64,000 nucleotides of DNA from Candidatus Roizmanbacteria bacterium RIFOXYC1_FULL_41_16 (lineage in GTDB: Bacteria > Patescibacteriota > Microgenomatia > UBA1406). Shown piece by piece: positions 27,570 through 36,476 of the stretch; the first letter of the stretch is position 1, and each line of letters opens with the position of its first letter. The stretch spans positions 2,286 to 66,285 of the forward strand of contig MGBO01000014.1 in NCBI GenBank assembly GCA_001788295.1. Reading direction: 5' to 3'. The notes under the pieces were generated by a model, which worked only from the letters and a program-made list of their open reading frames with translations, searched no databases and was not told the origin of the DNA. Made by a program: the position numbers and the translations under genes.

Positions 27570-28583
27570 ATGACGACTGATACCGACTCCGTGCAGGAAA
27601 AATACCTGTTGTTGCAACAAAAATTTGATTTGGCGACCAAAAATCAACGTCTGGCTTTTTTGGAAAAAGAGGCTAATAATCCCAATCTTTGGCAAGATCA
27701 AAATCATGCCCGAGACATTCTTAAAGAACAAACGCGACTCCAAAAACAAGTGGAGGATTTTGAAATGATGCAATTGCTTTACGAAGCCAAAGAGTTTGAC
27801 GATTTGCAAAAAATGGTTTCCCAATACGAAAATCTGCTTTTTTTTACCGGGCCCTACGACGATCGGGATGTTATTTTTGCCATTCATAGCGGCCAGGGAG
27901 GCACCGAAGCCATGGATTGGGCGTCAATGCTTTTCCGAATGTACAGCCGGCTTGTTGAGCGCCGAGGCTGGCGGCTGGAAATGGTTGAGGAAGTCCTTGG
28001 CGAAGAGGCCGGCATCAAAACCGTGGTTTTTAATATTTACGGAGAAGAAGTATACGGCAATCTCAAAGCCGAAGCCGGCACTCATCGATTGGTCCGACAA
28101 TCACCATTTAATGCGAATGCTCTGAGACAAACATCTTTTGCCTTAGTTGAGGTTTTGCCCATTCTGGAGGATAAAGAAATCCAAATTAAAGAAGAAGATC
28201 TGGAATGGCAGTTTTATCGCGCTGGCGGTCACGGTGGCCAAAACGTCAACAAGGTCTCAACTGCGGTCCGACTTACTCACAAACCCTCCGGCATAATTGT
28301 TACCAGTCAGCAAGAACGCTATCAGCAGAAAAATCGGGATTTGGCCTTGTCTTTTTTACGGGGCAAATTATGGCAGATTGAAGAAAAAAAACGTCTGGAA
28401 AACGAGGCGCAGTTTAAGAAAAACAAAATGGCTTCCTGGGGATCGCAAATTCGCTCTTATGTTTTACATCCATACAAACTGGTTAAAGATTTGCGTACCG
28501 ATTATGAAAGCAATAATCCAGAACGGGTCTTGGACGGCGAACTGGATGATTTTATCAAAGCCTATTTGCTAAAATTTTCCTAA
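27570..28583 (+). CDS. prfB: peptide chain release factor 2 (single uninterrupted ORF)
   Basis: SPF tripeptide (RQSPFNA) and GGQ ([11 protein letters not shown]). The N-terminus aligns across the position of the E. coli +1 frameshift site without interruption. Confidence 0.95.
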   Translation: MTTDTDSVQEKYLLLQQKFDLATKNQRLAFLEKEANNPNLWQDQNHARDILKEQTRLQKQVEDFEMMQLLYEAKEFDDLQKMVSQYENLLFFTGPYDDRDVIFAIHSGQGGTEAMDWASMLFRMYSRLVERRGWRLEMVEEVLGEEAGIKTVVFNIYGEEVYGNLKAEAGTHRLVRQSPFNANALRQTSFALVEVLPILEDKEIQIKEEDLEWQFYRAGGHGGQNVNKVSTAVRLTHKPSGIIVTSQQERYQQKNRDLALSFLRGKLWQIEEKKRLENEAQFKKNKMASWGSQIRSYVLHPYKLVKDLRTDYESNNPERVLDGELDDFIKAYLLKFS

Positions 28584-28641
28584 ACTTCTACAATATAAGC
28601 AAGTTATAAATTTTGCTCAAAAAGCAATCATCTTTTAAACT

Positions 28642-29112
28642 ATGGCCGAACAAATTATTCATCAGTTAGATAATAAAGACCAACCAAAACCCATCAAGAC
28701 CGAAGTCACAAACAATCCCAAAAAATGGTCCGGTATTTTAATCACGGTTATTGTGGTGATTTTGGCTCTGACTCTGGGCCGCTTTACCGCTCAACTAACA
28801 GCCCGTTCTGATCAAGATTTACCTCAAGTAACCTATACCCAAGACGCTGGTTCGGGCGGCAAGACATTTGGACAAAAAAATACTAAGCTTTGCCCGGATC
28901 AAGCCGAAGGAACAATTAAGGTTGGCGGAGTAGACGGCGAAGGCACTCATCATCTGGTACGCAAGGGCGGTAAAGACCAATATGTTTACCTGACCTCTTC
29001 CACAGTTGACTTAAGTCTGGTCGAAAACAAAAAAGTTCAGGTTTGGGGTAAAACTTATGCGGCCACAACCGCTGGTTGGCTGATGGATGTTTGCTATCTA
29101 GAAATTAAATAA
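28642..29112 (+). CDS. hypothetical membrane-anchored protein
   Basis: 156 aa with one TM helix (WSGILITVIVVILALTL) and a small extracytoplasmic domain. Confidence 0.5.
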   Translation: MAEQIIHQLDNKDQPKPIKTEVTNNPKKWSGILITVIVVILALTLGRFTAQLTARSDQDLPQVTYTQDAGSGGKTFGQKNTKLCPDQAEGTIKVGGVDGEGTHHLVRKGGKDQYVYLTSSTVDLSLVENKKVQVWGKTYAATTAGWLMDVCYLEIK

Positions 29113-29114
29113 AA

Positions 29115-29798
29115 ATGATTAAATTTGAACACGTTTCATTGTCTTTTGGTGCCGGCAATTTCCAATTGGAAGACATTAATTTTGAAGTGGAACGAGGAGA
29201 GTTTATTTTTTTGATTGGCCCCTCAGGCGCCGGCAAAACATCTATTCTCAAAATGATTTTGCGAGAAATTTACCCCAAAAGCGGCAGTGTTTATGTTGAC
29301 GATCAGCTGATTTCCAGCCGAAAATTCAAAGAAGTTGAAAAACTCAGACAAAAAATCGGAACTATTTTTCAGGATTTTAAAATTATTTACGATCGGAGTG
29401 TGATCGAAAATTTGGTCCTTTCTTTGGAAATTCTTAATCAGAAAAACCCCAAAGAAGAAGCGCTTTCAAGTTTGAAAAAAGTTGGTTTGGAACACAAAGC
29501 CAATTTCTTCCCCTTGCAATTATCTGCCGGTGAGTTGCAACGCCTGGCGATTGCCAGAGCCATGGCCGGCGGTCGAGAGATTATTTTGGCCGACGAGCCC
29601 ACGGGCAACCTGGATCCGGTAACCAGCTGGGAAATTGTTAGATTATTTAGACAAATTCACGATCAAAAAAAAACGATTGTGTTTGCCACTCACAATTCGG
29701 AAATTGTTAATACACTTAAGAAAAGAGTTTTGTTAGTTAAAAAGGGCAAAATTATTAAAGACAGCCGCGATGGAAGCTATAAATTAGACAATAAATAA
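29115..29798 (+). CDS. ftsE: cell-division ABC ATPase FtsE
   Basis: GPSGAGKTS, LSAGELQR and ILADEPTGNLD. Followed by ftsX with a 1-nt overlap. Confidence 0.9.
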   Translation: MIKFEHVSLSFGAGNFQLEDINFEVERGEFIFLIGPSGAGKTSILKMILREIYPKSGSVYVDDQLISSRKFKEVEKLRQKIGTIFQDFKIIYDRSVIENLVLSLEILNQKNPKEEALSSLKKVGLEHKANFFPLQLSAGELQRLAIARAMAGGREIILADEPTGNLDPVTSWEIVRLFRQIHDQKKTIVFATHNSEIVNTLKKRVLLVKKGKIIKDSRDGSYKLDNK

Positions 29799-30691
29799 TG
29801 AGTACTTTTAGCCAGTTGCGCCGGACACCATACCAGACTCTGGGAGTGTTGTTTGCCATGTTTTTCAGCTTTTTTATTCTTTTGCTTTTTTCTTTTTCGA
29901 TTTTATTATTGACTCGCCTGGTCAACTACATTGAAACTCAACCGCAAGTAACGGTTTATTTTCTCAAAACAACAGCCAAGTCCGATGTTTTTAAATTGCG
30001 CGAGGAATTAATCAATACCGGGATGGTCAAAGAAGCTAATTATATTTCTCAGGAACAGGCACTGAAAATCTACAAAGAATTGAACAAAAACGAACCCCTA
30101 TTGCTGGAAATGGTCAGCAAAGACGCCCTGCCCACTTCACTTGAAGTCTTCACTCTCAAGCCGGAATACCTTGAACAAATTGCCCAGTATGCCCGGAAAA
30201 ATGCCGGAGTGGAGGAGGTGGCTTACCAGCAAGATATTGTCGACAGTCTGATCAGAATCACTGATTCGGTCAAAAAAACCGCCCTGTTGTTTTTGATGGC
30301 TCAATTTTTGATTGTCTTTTTTGTAATTTTTACCACCATTACCTTTAAGATTATTGCCAAAAAAGAAGAGATTGAAATCATGCGTCTGCTTGGAGCGACT
30401 CGGTTTTTCATAATCAAACCTCTCCTGAAACAAAATTTGGCTATTAATTTTTCGGCCGCGATCGGTAGCGCCAGTGTTTTTGGCGGTTTGTACTTTTATG
30501 TAGGAAGTGGTCTGAAAGGCTTTTTGTCCGGCATTCCCACTCTGACTTTATTTAGTACTCCCTGGTTCAATGCTGATATTTGGCCACTGAATTGGCCGAT
30601 GTTTTTAATACTGGCTGCTTTTACCTTGATTATTGGCTACCTGTTGATCTGGTTCACCACTCTTCTCGCCGCCTCCAAATACATAAAATAA
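29798..30691 (+). CDS. ftsX: cell-division permease-like protein FtsX
   Basis: 297 aa in the FtsX layout: TM1, a large extracytoplasmic loop, then 3 C-terminal TMs. Confidence 0.85.
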   Translation: MSTFSQLRRTPYQTLGVLFAMFFSFFILLLFSFSILLLTRLVNYIETQPQVTVYFLKTTAKSDVFKLREELINTGMVKEANYISQEQALKIYKELNKNEPLLLEMVSKDALPTSLEVFTLKPEYLEQIAQYARKNAGVEEVAYQQDIVDSLIRITDSVKKTALLFLMAQFLIVFFVIFTTITFKIIAKKEEIEIMRLLGATRFFIIKPLLKQNLAINFSAAIGSASVFGGLYFYVGSGLKGFLSGIPTLTLFSTPWFNADIWPLNWPMFLILAAFTLIIGYLLIWFTTLLAASKYIK

Positions 30692-30708
30692 CACCCCGGG
30701 GGTGTTTC
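30691..30708 (+). terminator. possible short hairpin terminator after ftsX
   Basis: Palindrome ACACCC-CGG-GGGTGT followed by TTT. The stem is short, the loop tiny and the T-tract weak. Confidence 0.25.
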
Positions 30709-30761
30709 GGGCTGATAGGAAAGTCCAAACTATCTAATTTTTTTTAGGGTAGGTAATTTAG

Positions 30762-30767
30762 TAAAAT
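30762..30767 (+). promoter_or_regulatory. putative -10 (TAAAAT) 7 nt upstream of ATG 30774
   Basis: TAAAAT-GATTGT-ATG. Confidence 0.35.
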
Positions 30768-30773
30768 GATTGT

Positions 30774-31970
30774 ATGCGCAAGTTAGTAATTTTATTGTCT
30801 TTGGTCTTTATCTTACTATTGTCCAGCCAACCAGTATTCAGTGTCGAATGCCAACCAACCGACTCAAAAGATTCCGGCACTTTGCAGGAGATAATTAACG
30901 CCTGCAACAGCAAATTAGGAGAACTCAGTGCGCAACGCAATACTCTGGCCAGCCAGATCGAGTATATGGATACGCAAATTTCGGTGACTCAGCTGGAAAT
31001 CAACCAAAATTTGAGCGAGATTACCAATCTGAAAAAAGAGATTAAAAATCTGGGCTCACGAATCGATGAATTGAATAATACGACTGATAAAATTGCCGAT
31101 ACTGTAAACCTAAAGATCGAACGGATGTACAAGCGCCAGCAAACCAGCCTCGTATATACTTTGATGAGCGCCAACAATCTGCCTGAATTTTTACGCTCGA
31201 TCCAATACTTACGACGCTCCCAAATTTCCGATCGCGAACTCTTATTAAAACTACAAAATACCAAAGTCACTTTTGAAGAACAAAAAGACCTGCGTGAGGA
31301 AAAAGAAAACGAGCTCAACCAACTCACCGCCCGCCTGGAAAACTATCAAATCGATCTGGCTAATCAAAAAACAGAAAAGAATATTCTTTTAAAAACCACG
31401 CAAAACGATGAAGCCAGGTATCAACAATTACTGTCGGCAGCTCAAGGAGAACTTAATCAAATCCAGGCAGCCGCGACTTTCTTAATTCAATCTGGAGAAG
31501 CAGTTGATATTAAAAGAGGACAGGTTATTGGAATTCAGGGTAATACCGGATATTCATTTGGTGATCACTTGCATTTTGGAGTTTATCGCTATACTTCGAT
31601 TGATCAATTAACGGGTGGGTGGTATCACGGTAATTGGGTCGATCCGAGCGAAGTATTAACTTCAAGAGGCATTTTATGGGATACAGGATGCGAATCAAAA
31701 GAAAATCGTACTGTTGGTTCTGGTAGTTTTGATTGGCCAATGAATTTAAGTGCTATCTCACAAGGATCTGGTTACACTTGTTATTCTGGAGCTTATTACA
31801 ATGGTAATCCACATCCAGCTTGGGATATGTGGGGTCCAACCGGTAGTACTGTTTATGCATCAGAAGACGGTACTGGCTATATCTGTCGAAACTGCTTAGG
31901 TGACGGAGGTAATGGCGTTTTTATTTTTCATAGTAATGGCTACATGACTTTATATTGGCATCTTCAATAA
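30774..31970 (+). CDS. secreted coiled-coil protein with M23 (LytM) peptidase motifs in permuted order (EnvC/PcsB-like FtsEX partner)
   Basis: Signal peptide and ~200 aa of coiled coil, then VDIKRGQVIGIQGNTGYSFGDHLHFGVY..WVDP (HxH half, aa ~243-292). This is followed by DWP...HPAWDMWGPTGSTVYASEDGTG...GGNGVFIFHSNGYMTLYWHLQ* (HxxxD half, aa ~320-398). Confidence 0.8.
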   Translation: MRKLVILLSLVFILLLSSQPVFSVECQPTDSKDSGTLQEIINACNSKLGELSAQRNTLASQIEYMDTQISVTQLEINQNLSEITNLKKEIKNLGSRIDELNNTTDKIADTVNLKIERMYKRQQTSLVYTLMSANNLPEFLRSIQYLRRSQISDRELLLKLQNTKVTFEEQKDLREEKENELNQLTARLENYQIDLANQKTEKNILLKTTQNDEARYQQLLSAAQGELNQIQAAATFLIQSGEAVDIKRGQVIGIQGNTGYSFGDHLHFGVYRYTSIDQLTGGWYHGNWVDPSEVLTSRGILWDTGCESKENRTVGSGSFDWPMNLSAISQGSGYTCYSGAYYNGNPHPAWDMWGPTGSTVYASEDGTGYICRNCLGDGGNGVFIFHSNGYMTLYWHLQ

Positions 31971-32025
31971 TTCTTGCGGGGTGGAAACTCTTGTGTTGTT
32001 GAAATTTCCACAATAAACTGATCTT

Positions 32026-33300
32026 GTGAAATATTATTTCTGGTTGGGAACATTATTGACCGGCCTGATAATCAATCAAGTCGCCAGTGCTCAAATACGG
32101 CTCAACGAAATCTATCCGGGCGGATCGCCGGAATGGGTTGAACTCTATAACACGGCTAGTACTGAGGCGAATCTCATTGATTGGTATGTAGACGATGTGG
32201 CCGAGAAAGGCTCCAGTCCGAAAAAATTTTCCCTACTAATCCCCGGCCTCGGCTTTGGCATTGTTGAGTTAAGCTCAATCTTTAATAATACCGGTGGTGA
32301 CAGTGTCCGGCTTTTGGATTCACAGCAGACCGAAATTGACCATTTTGATTATACGGAATCAGTCAGCTCAACTGATTATTTTCAACGCTGTCCAGACGGC
32401 TCAGACAATTGGCTCTTAACTTCTCATGGCACTCAATATATGTCCAACTCAACTAACTGCTCAACTCCAACATCAACACCCACACTCCAACCAACCGAAA
32501 TAATTACCTTAATTTTAACTTCAGGGGTTTCGCCTGTTCCAACAGCCCAGTACACCCCTCCAAAGGAGGGCTTCGCTCCCGGGGTGTTGTTGTCTGAAAT
32601 AATGATGTATCCGGATAATGAGGCCGAGTGGGTGGAAATTTATAACAGTAATGACTTTGCCGTTAGTCTCGAAAATTGGTATTTAGATGACGCTCAAAAC
32701 GCCGGCTCCACTCCCAAAAAGTTTAGCTTATCCCTTGATGCTAAAAGTTACGGCACAATTGAATTGAGCAGCCATATTTTCAACAACGATCAAGATACAG
32801 TTCGGTTATTAAACCCAGATCAAGTCGAGCAAGACAGCCTTGAATACACCAATCCTGAAAAAGGCGCCAGTTATAGCCGCCAGTCATTTACTAATGACGC
32901 CAGCTGGTGTTTTACAACCGCATCCAAAAATCTGGTTAATAATCCTTGCCCGCAGTCCGAAACAATTTTGGCAACCATTGCTGTTTTAAAAATATCGCCC
33001 ACTACTCAAAAATCGACTTTGCCAAACAGCTTTAAACTTACAGAGCAGTTTTATAGACTAGAATCAACCAAAGTTTTGGGCGCTAAATCAACAAACTCAA
33101 ACAGCGCCTTAATTTCGCAATTTTCTTTTTGGCAAAGATATACTAAGATAGCTTTATGGCTAAATCTCTTTCTCAATCTCGCCGCGCTAGTTTTTTTAAG
33201 CTGGTATTTACGGGACTCATTCCACTTATTGCCTGGATGGGTTTCATTTTTGTCCTTTCTAATAGAGAAAAAATCGCCTTCACAGAAAGCTATCCAGTAA
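32026..33300 (+). CDS. secreted protein with two lamin-tail-domain (LTD)-like repeats and a C-terminal TM
   Basis: GTG start and a signal-like N-terminus. It has two copies of the pattern LNEIYPGGSPEWVELYN...WY(V/L)DD...G(S/T)PKKFSL...D(S/T)VRLL. A Thr/Pro linker lies between them. Confidence 0.7.
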   Translation: MKYYFWLGTLLTGLIINQVASAQIRLNEIYPGGSPEWVELYNTASTEANLIDWYVDDVAEKGSSPKKFSLLIPGLGFGIVELSSIFNNTGGDSVRLLDSQQTEIDHFDYTESVSSTDYFQRCPDGSDNWLLTSHGTQYMSNSTNCSTPTSTPTLQPTEIITLILTSGVSPVPTAQYTPPKEGFAPGVLLSEIMMYPDNEAEWVEIYNSNDFAVSLENWYLDDAQNAGSTPKKFSLSLDAKSYGTIELSSHIFNNDQDTVRLLNPDQVEQDSLEYTNPEKGASYSRQSFTNDASWCFTTASKNLVNNPCPQSETILATIAVLKISPTTQKSTLPNSFKLTEQFYRLESTKVLGAKSTNSNSALISQFSFWQRYTKIALWLNLFLNLAALVFLSWYLRDSFHLLPGWVSFLSFLIEKKSPSQKAIQ

Positions 33301-33572
33301 GTTTTGCCATTTTCAAAAGTCTGCACCTAATTGAATATGGAACTTTGTTTCTACTTTGGTTACGGTTCCTGTTTCTATCCGGAATGAAAAAACCTTATCT
33401 TTTGGCTTTGTTTTTTACTTTTGCCTATGGATTGTCAGACGAACTGCATCAAAGCTTTGTGACTGGCCGGGAAGGCAAACTTTTCGATGCTTGTGTCGAT
33501 GGGCTTGGCGGCCTAATTGCTTGGGGCATAATTGAAAAAATTCGACCTCTAAAAAAATTAGTTCGGCTATAA
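33156..33572 (+). CDS. VanZ-like membrane protein
   Basis: LIPLIAWMGFIFVLS (TM1 with the W.G.IF.LS pattern) and SDELHQSFVTGREGKLFDACVDGLGG. It overlaps the preceding ORF by 145 nt. Confidence 0.7.
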   Translation: MAKSLSQSRRASFFKLVFTGLIPLIAWMGFIFVLSNREKIAFTESYPVSFAIFKSLHLIEYGTLFLLWLRFLFLSGMKKPYLLALFFTFAYGLSDELHQSFVTGREGKLFDACVDGLGGLIAWGIIEKIRPLKKLVRL

Positions 33573-33573
33573 T
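33568..33573 (+). promoter_or_regulatory. putative -10 (TATAAT) 7 nt upstream of ATG 33580, inside the 3' end of the VanZ gene
   Basis: TATAAT-GGAGCT-ATG. The GGAG lies only 2 nt from the ATG, so it could alternatively be a poorly spaced SD. Confidence 0.3.
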
Positions 33574-33579
33574 GGAGCT

Positions 33580-34482
33580 ATGCTTGGAAAGCTAAAGAAA
33601 ACTCTAAATCATTTGTTTGTGCCTCAAGAGTCTAACAACTTTCGAGGCCAGTATTTGCATCATGATTTTCTGACCACAGTGATTGCCGTCATGCTGATTG
33701 TGAACGTGGGGCTTAAACTGCTGGTCAAAAATTACGATTCCAATATTTTAGGTGTCGCTTTCAATATCACAGCTGAGGAACTACTGAACGCGACTAATGC
33801 CGAACGCCTTAAATACGATTTACCGCCCTTGCAAAGTAACGATCTTTTAATGCAAGCCGCCAGCGCCAAAGCCAACGATGTCTTTACTAAAAATTATTGG
33901 GCCCATTATGCTCCAGACGGCACTTCACCCTGGTTCTTTTTTCAGCAAGCCGGCTACCAGTATGTCTTTGCCGGCGAAAATCTGGCTAAGGACTTTACCG
34001 ATAGTCAATCGGTTGTCAACGCCTGGATGAATTCACCCACTCATCGCGATAATATTTTAAAAGCCGATTATCAGGATATTGGTTTTGCCATTATGGAAGG
34101 CACTCTGCAAGATCAACCCACAGTTCTCGTCGTTCAGCTTTTTGGCCGTCAGGAAGGCGCGGTTTTGGCAGAAGAGAAACCAATGGCACGATACCAGGAA
34201 CCGGTGCCGGCAAAAACGGTCAAAGTCGCCAAAGCCTCTCCCAAACCCGTAGTTAAAACTCAAACGGCTGTCAAAAAACAACCGCTAATCAACATTCTCA
34301 GTCTGCAAAAAGAGTTGTTACTCGTGGTTTTGGCTGGCTTAATTATTGTTCTGTCTCTAGACTTGTACTTTGTGGAAAAGAAAAAGCTATTTCGATTGTC
34401 TGGTAAAAGTCTGGCTCACCTCATGTTTACACTCCTACTGATATTAAGTATAATTACCACCAGCTCAGGAGTGATTTTATGA
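33580..34482 (+). CDS. membrane-anchored CAP/SCP/PR1-like domain protein
   Basis: NAERLKYDLPPLQSNDLLMQAASAKA...YWAHYAPDG...GENLAKDF...VNAWMNSPTHRDNIL..YQDIGFAI, with N- and C-terminal TM helices. Confidence 0.8.
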   Translation: MLGKLKKTLNHLFVPQESNNFRGQYLHHDFLTTVIAVMLIVNVGLKLLVKNYDSNILGVAFNITAEELLNATNAERLKYDLPPLQSNDLLMQAASAKANDVFTKNYWAHYAPDGTSPWFFFQQAGYQYVFAGENLAKDFTDSQSVVNAWMNSPTHRDNILKADYQDIGFAIMEGTLQDQPTVLVVQLFGRQEGAVLAEEKPMARYQEPVPAKTVKVAKASPKPVVKTQTAVKKQPLINILSLQKELLLVVLAGLIIVLSLDLYFVEKKKLFRLSGKSLAHLMFTLLLILSIITTSSGVIL

Positions 34483-34742
34483 TAACTGAGATAAAACAAC
34501 ACAAGTACGAGTATTCAATTTTATTTCTCTATACCATTTTAAGTGTGGTGATGTTTTTGGGCTATCAGCAAAATTGGCAGCGCTTTATCGTTATTATTCT
34601 TTACAGCGGATTTTATTTCAGCTGGTCTTTGATACATCATTTAATCAATAAAAATCTTACCTTGATCGTGCTTCTGGAGTACCTGCTCATCACAATTTTG
34701 GCTTTAGTATCTTTAAAAGTTATATTTTTCCCCAACCTATGA
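34479..34742 (+). CDS. small hypothetical membrane protein
   Basis: 87 aa with 3 TM helices. It overlaps both neighbours by 4 nt (ATGA), which argues for real translation. Confidence 0.45.
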   Translation: MITEIKQHKYEYSILFLYTILSVVMFLGYQQNWQRFIVIILYSGFYFSWSLIHHLINKNLTLIVLLEYLLITILALVSLKVIFFPNL

Positions 34743-35470
34743 AGGGAGTTATTTGTGCCGGCGGATTAGCCACCAGACTATATCCTTTAACCTACGCGAC
34801 CAATAAACATTTGCTGCCAATTTACGACAAGCCAATGATTTATTATCCGATTAAAACGCTGGTTGAGGCTGGCGTTGATGAAATTTTGATCATTGTTTCG
34901 GGCCCGCATTCCGGCCATTTTATCAACGTTCTCAAAAACGGCAAGGAATTTGGAATCAAACATCTGGAATACGCTTATCAGGAAAATCCCAAAGGTGGGA
35001 TTGCCGATGCGGTTGCCCTGGCTGAGGATTTTGCCGACAAAGGCCCGATTACTGTCATTTTGGGCGACAACACCACCGACGCTAATCTGGCTAAACCAAT
35101 AAGCGAGTTTAAAGATGGCGCCATGATCTTTGTCAAAGAAGTTCCGGATCCAACCAGATTTGGAATAGTCAAATTTAATGATCACAAAGAAGTGATTGAA
35201 ATTATTGAAAAACCAGCCAAACCACCTACCAATCTGGCTGTCACTGGGGTCTATATTTACGATAATCGGGTTTTTGAATATATTAAAAAATGCAGTCCTG
35301 ATTTTGCCGGCCGAAACGAACTAGAAATCACCGAAGTCAACAACCGCTATCTTAAAGACAACAAACTGAAATGGGCAACTCTGGATGGTTATTGGCTGGA
35401 TTGCGGCACTTTCGATACTTTACTGACCGCTAATCTTTACTGGGCCAAAAAGGGAGGCTATCATGAGTGA
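34739..35470 (+). CDS. rmlA: glucose-1-phosphate thymidylyltransferase (short-form RmlA-like sugar nucleotidyltransferase)
   Basis: KGVICAGGLATRLYPLT..NKHLLPIYDKPMIYYPI and ILGDN motifs; 243 aa. Confidence 0.8.
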   Translation: MKGVICAGGLATRLYPLTYATNKHLLPIYDKPMIYYPIKTLVEAGVDEILIIVSGPHSGHFINVLKNGKEFGIKHLEYAYQENPKGGIADAVALAEDFADKGPITVILGDNTTDANLAKPISEFKDGAMIFVKEVPDPTRFGIVKFNDHKEVIEIIEKPAKPPTNLAVTGVYIYDNRVFEYIKKCSPDFAGRNELEITEVNNRYLKDNKLKWATLDGYWLDCGTFDTLLTANLYWAKKGGYHE

Positions 35471-36476
35471 GCTGCTAGTCACCGGCGGCGCCGGTTTTAT
35501 TGGCAGTAACTTTATTTTGTATTGGCTGAAAAAACATCCCGAAGACAATATTGTTAATTTGGACAAACTCACCTATGCCGGCAATCTGGAAAATCTCAAA
35601 GAGGTTGAGAAAAATTCTCACTACCGCTTTATCCAGGGGGATATCAGCGATCCAAAAATAGTTGACCAAGCAATGGCTAAAACTGATATCGTGGTCCACT
35701 TTGCTGCCGAAAGCCATGTCGATCGCTCAATTATGGATCCGGCGCCTTTTGTCAAAACCAACGTTGAGGGAACTTATGTCTTATTACAGACAGCACTAAA
35801 ACACAAGATCAAACGCTTTCATCATATTGGCACAGACGAAGTTTTTGGCCATCTCGAGCTAAACTCCAGCGAGCTGTTTAATGAACAAACACCCTATAAT
35901 CCCCGCAGCCCTTATGCTGCCAGTAAGGCCGCTTCTGATCATCTGGTGCGGGCATATTATCACACTTATAATTTACCAATTACCATTTCCAACTGTTCTA
36001 ATAATTTTGGGCCATATCATTTTCCGGAAAAATTTATTCCACTTGCCATCACCAATCTGTTGGAAAATAAAAAGATTCCCATCTATGGCGATGGCTTATA
36101 TGTTCGTGATTGGCTTTATGTTGAAGACCATTGTCGAGCCATTGATCTGATTTTGGAAAAAGGCAAACTCGGAGAAACGTATTTAGTGGGCGGACTGACG
36201 CAAGACATTTCCAACTTGGAAGTCGCCAAAAAAATCCTCAAAATTATGGGGAAAGCGGACACAGAATTGGAAATGATTAAGGACCGGCCCGGACATGACC
36301 GTCGTTATGCAATTGACTGGCAAAAAATCAAACAAGAATTGGGCTGGAGCCCTCAGCATAGTTTTGATCAAGCACTGGAGGAAACCATTAAATGGTATCA
36401 AGAACACCAACAATGGTGGAGCCGAGTTAAATCCGGCGACTACCAAACTTATTATCAAAAACAATACACCCGGTAA
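35463..36476 (+). CDS. rmlB: dTDP-glucose 4,6-dehydratase
   Basis: VTGGAGFIGSNF, TDEVFG and YAASKAASDHLVRAY; 337 aa. Confidence 0.93.
   Translation: MSELLVTGGAGFIGSNFILYWLKKHPEDNIVNLDKLTYAGNLENLKEVEKNSHYRFIQGDISDPKIVDQAMAKTDIVVHFAAESHVDRSIMDPAPFVKTNVEGTYVLLQTALKHKIKRFHHIGTDEVFGHLELNSSELFNEQTPYNPRSPYAASKAASDHLVRAYYHTYNLPITISNCSNNFGPYHFPEKFIPLAITNLLENKKIPIYGDGLYVRDWLYVEDHCRAIDLILEKGKLGETYLVGGLTQDISNLEVAKKILKIMGKADTELEMIKDRPGHDRRYAIDWQKIKQELGWSPQHSFDQALEETIKWYQEHQQWWSRVKSGDYQTYYQKQYTR

Noticed and set aside
27570-27700. I looked for the programmed +1 frameshift site (CTT TGA C type) typical of prfB.
   Set aside because: The ORF is uninterrupted from ATG 27570. The region equivalent to the E. 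coli frameshift site (…[17 protein letters not shown]…) is read in a single frame. No upstream short ORF in another frame is needed.
31981-32011. The inverted repeat GTGGAAA...TTTCCAC after the M23 gene could be a terminator or regulatory hairpin.
   Set aside because: It has only a 7-bp stem with a ~17-nt loop and no trailing T-tract. That is too weak to call and may be chance in a short spacer.
33574-33577. GGAG upstream of ATG 33580 as a Shine-Dalgarno site, which would contradict the leaderless model.
   Set aside because: It is only 2 nt from the ATG, too close for canonical SD function. A perfect TATAAT ends 7 nt upstream, as at the other starts. I kept this as an explicit ambiguity rather than a counter-example.
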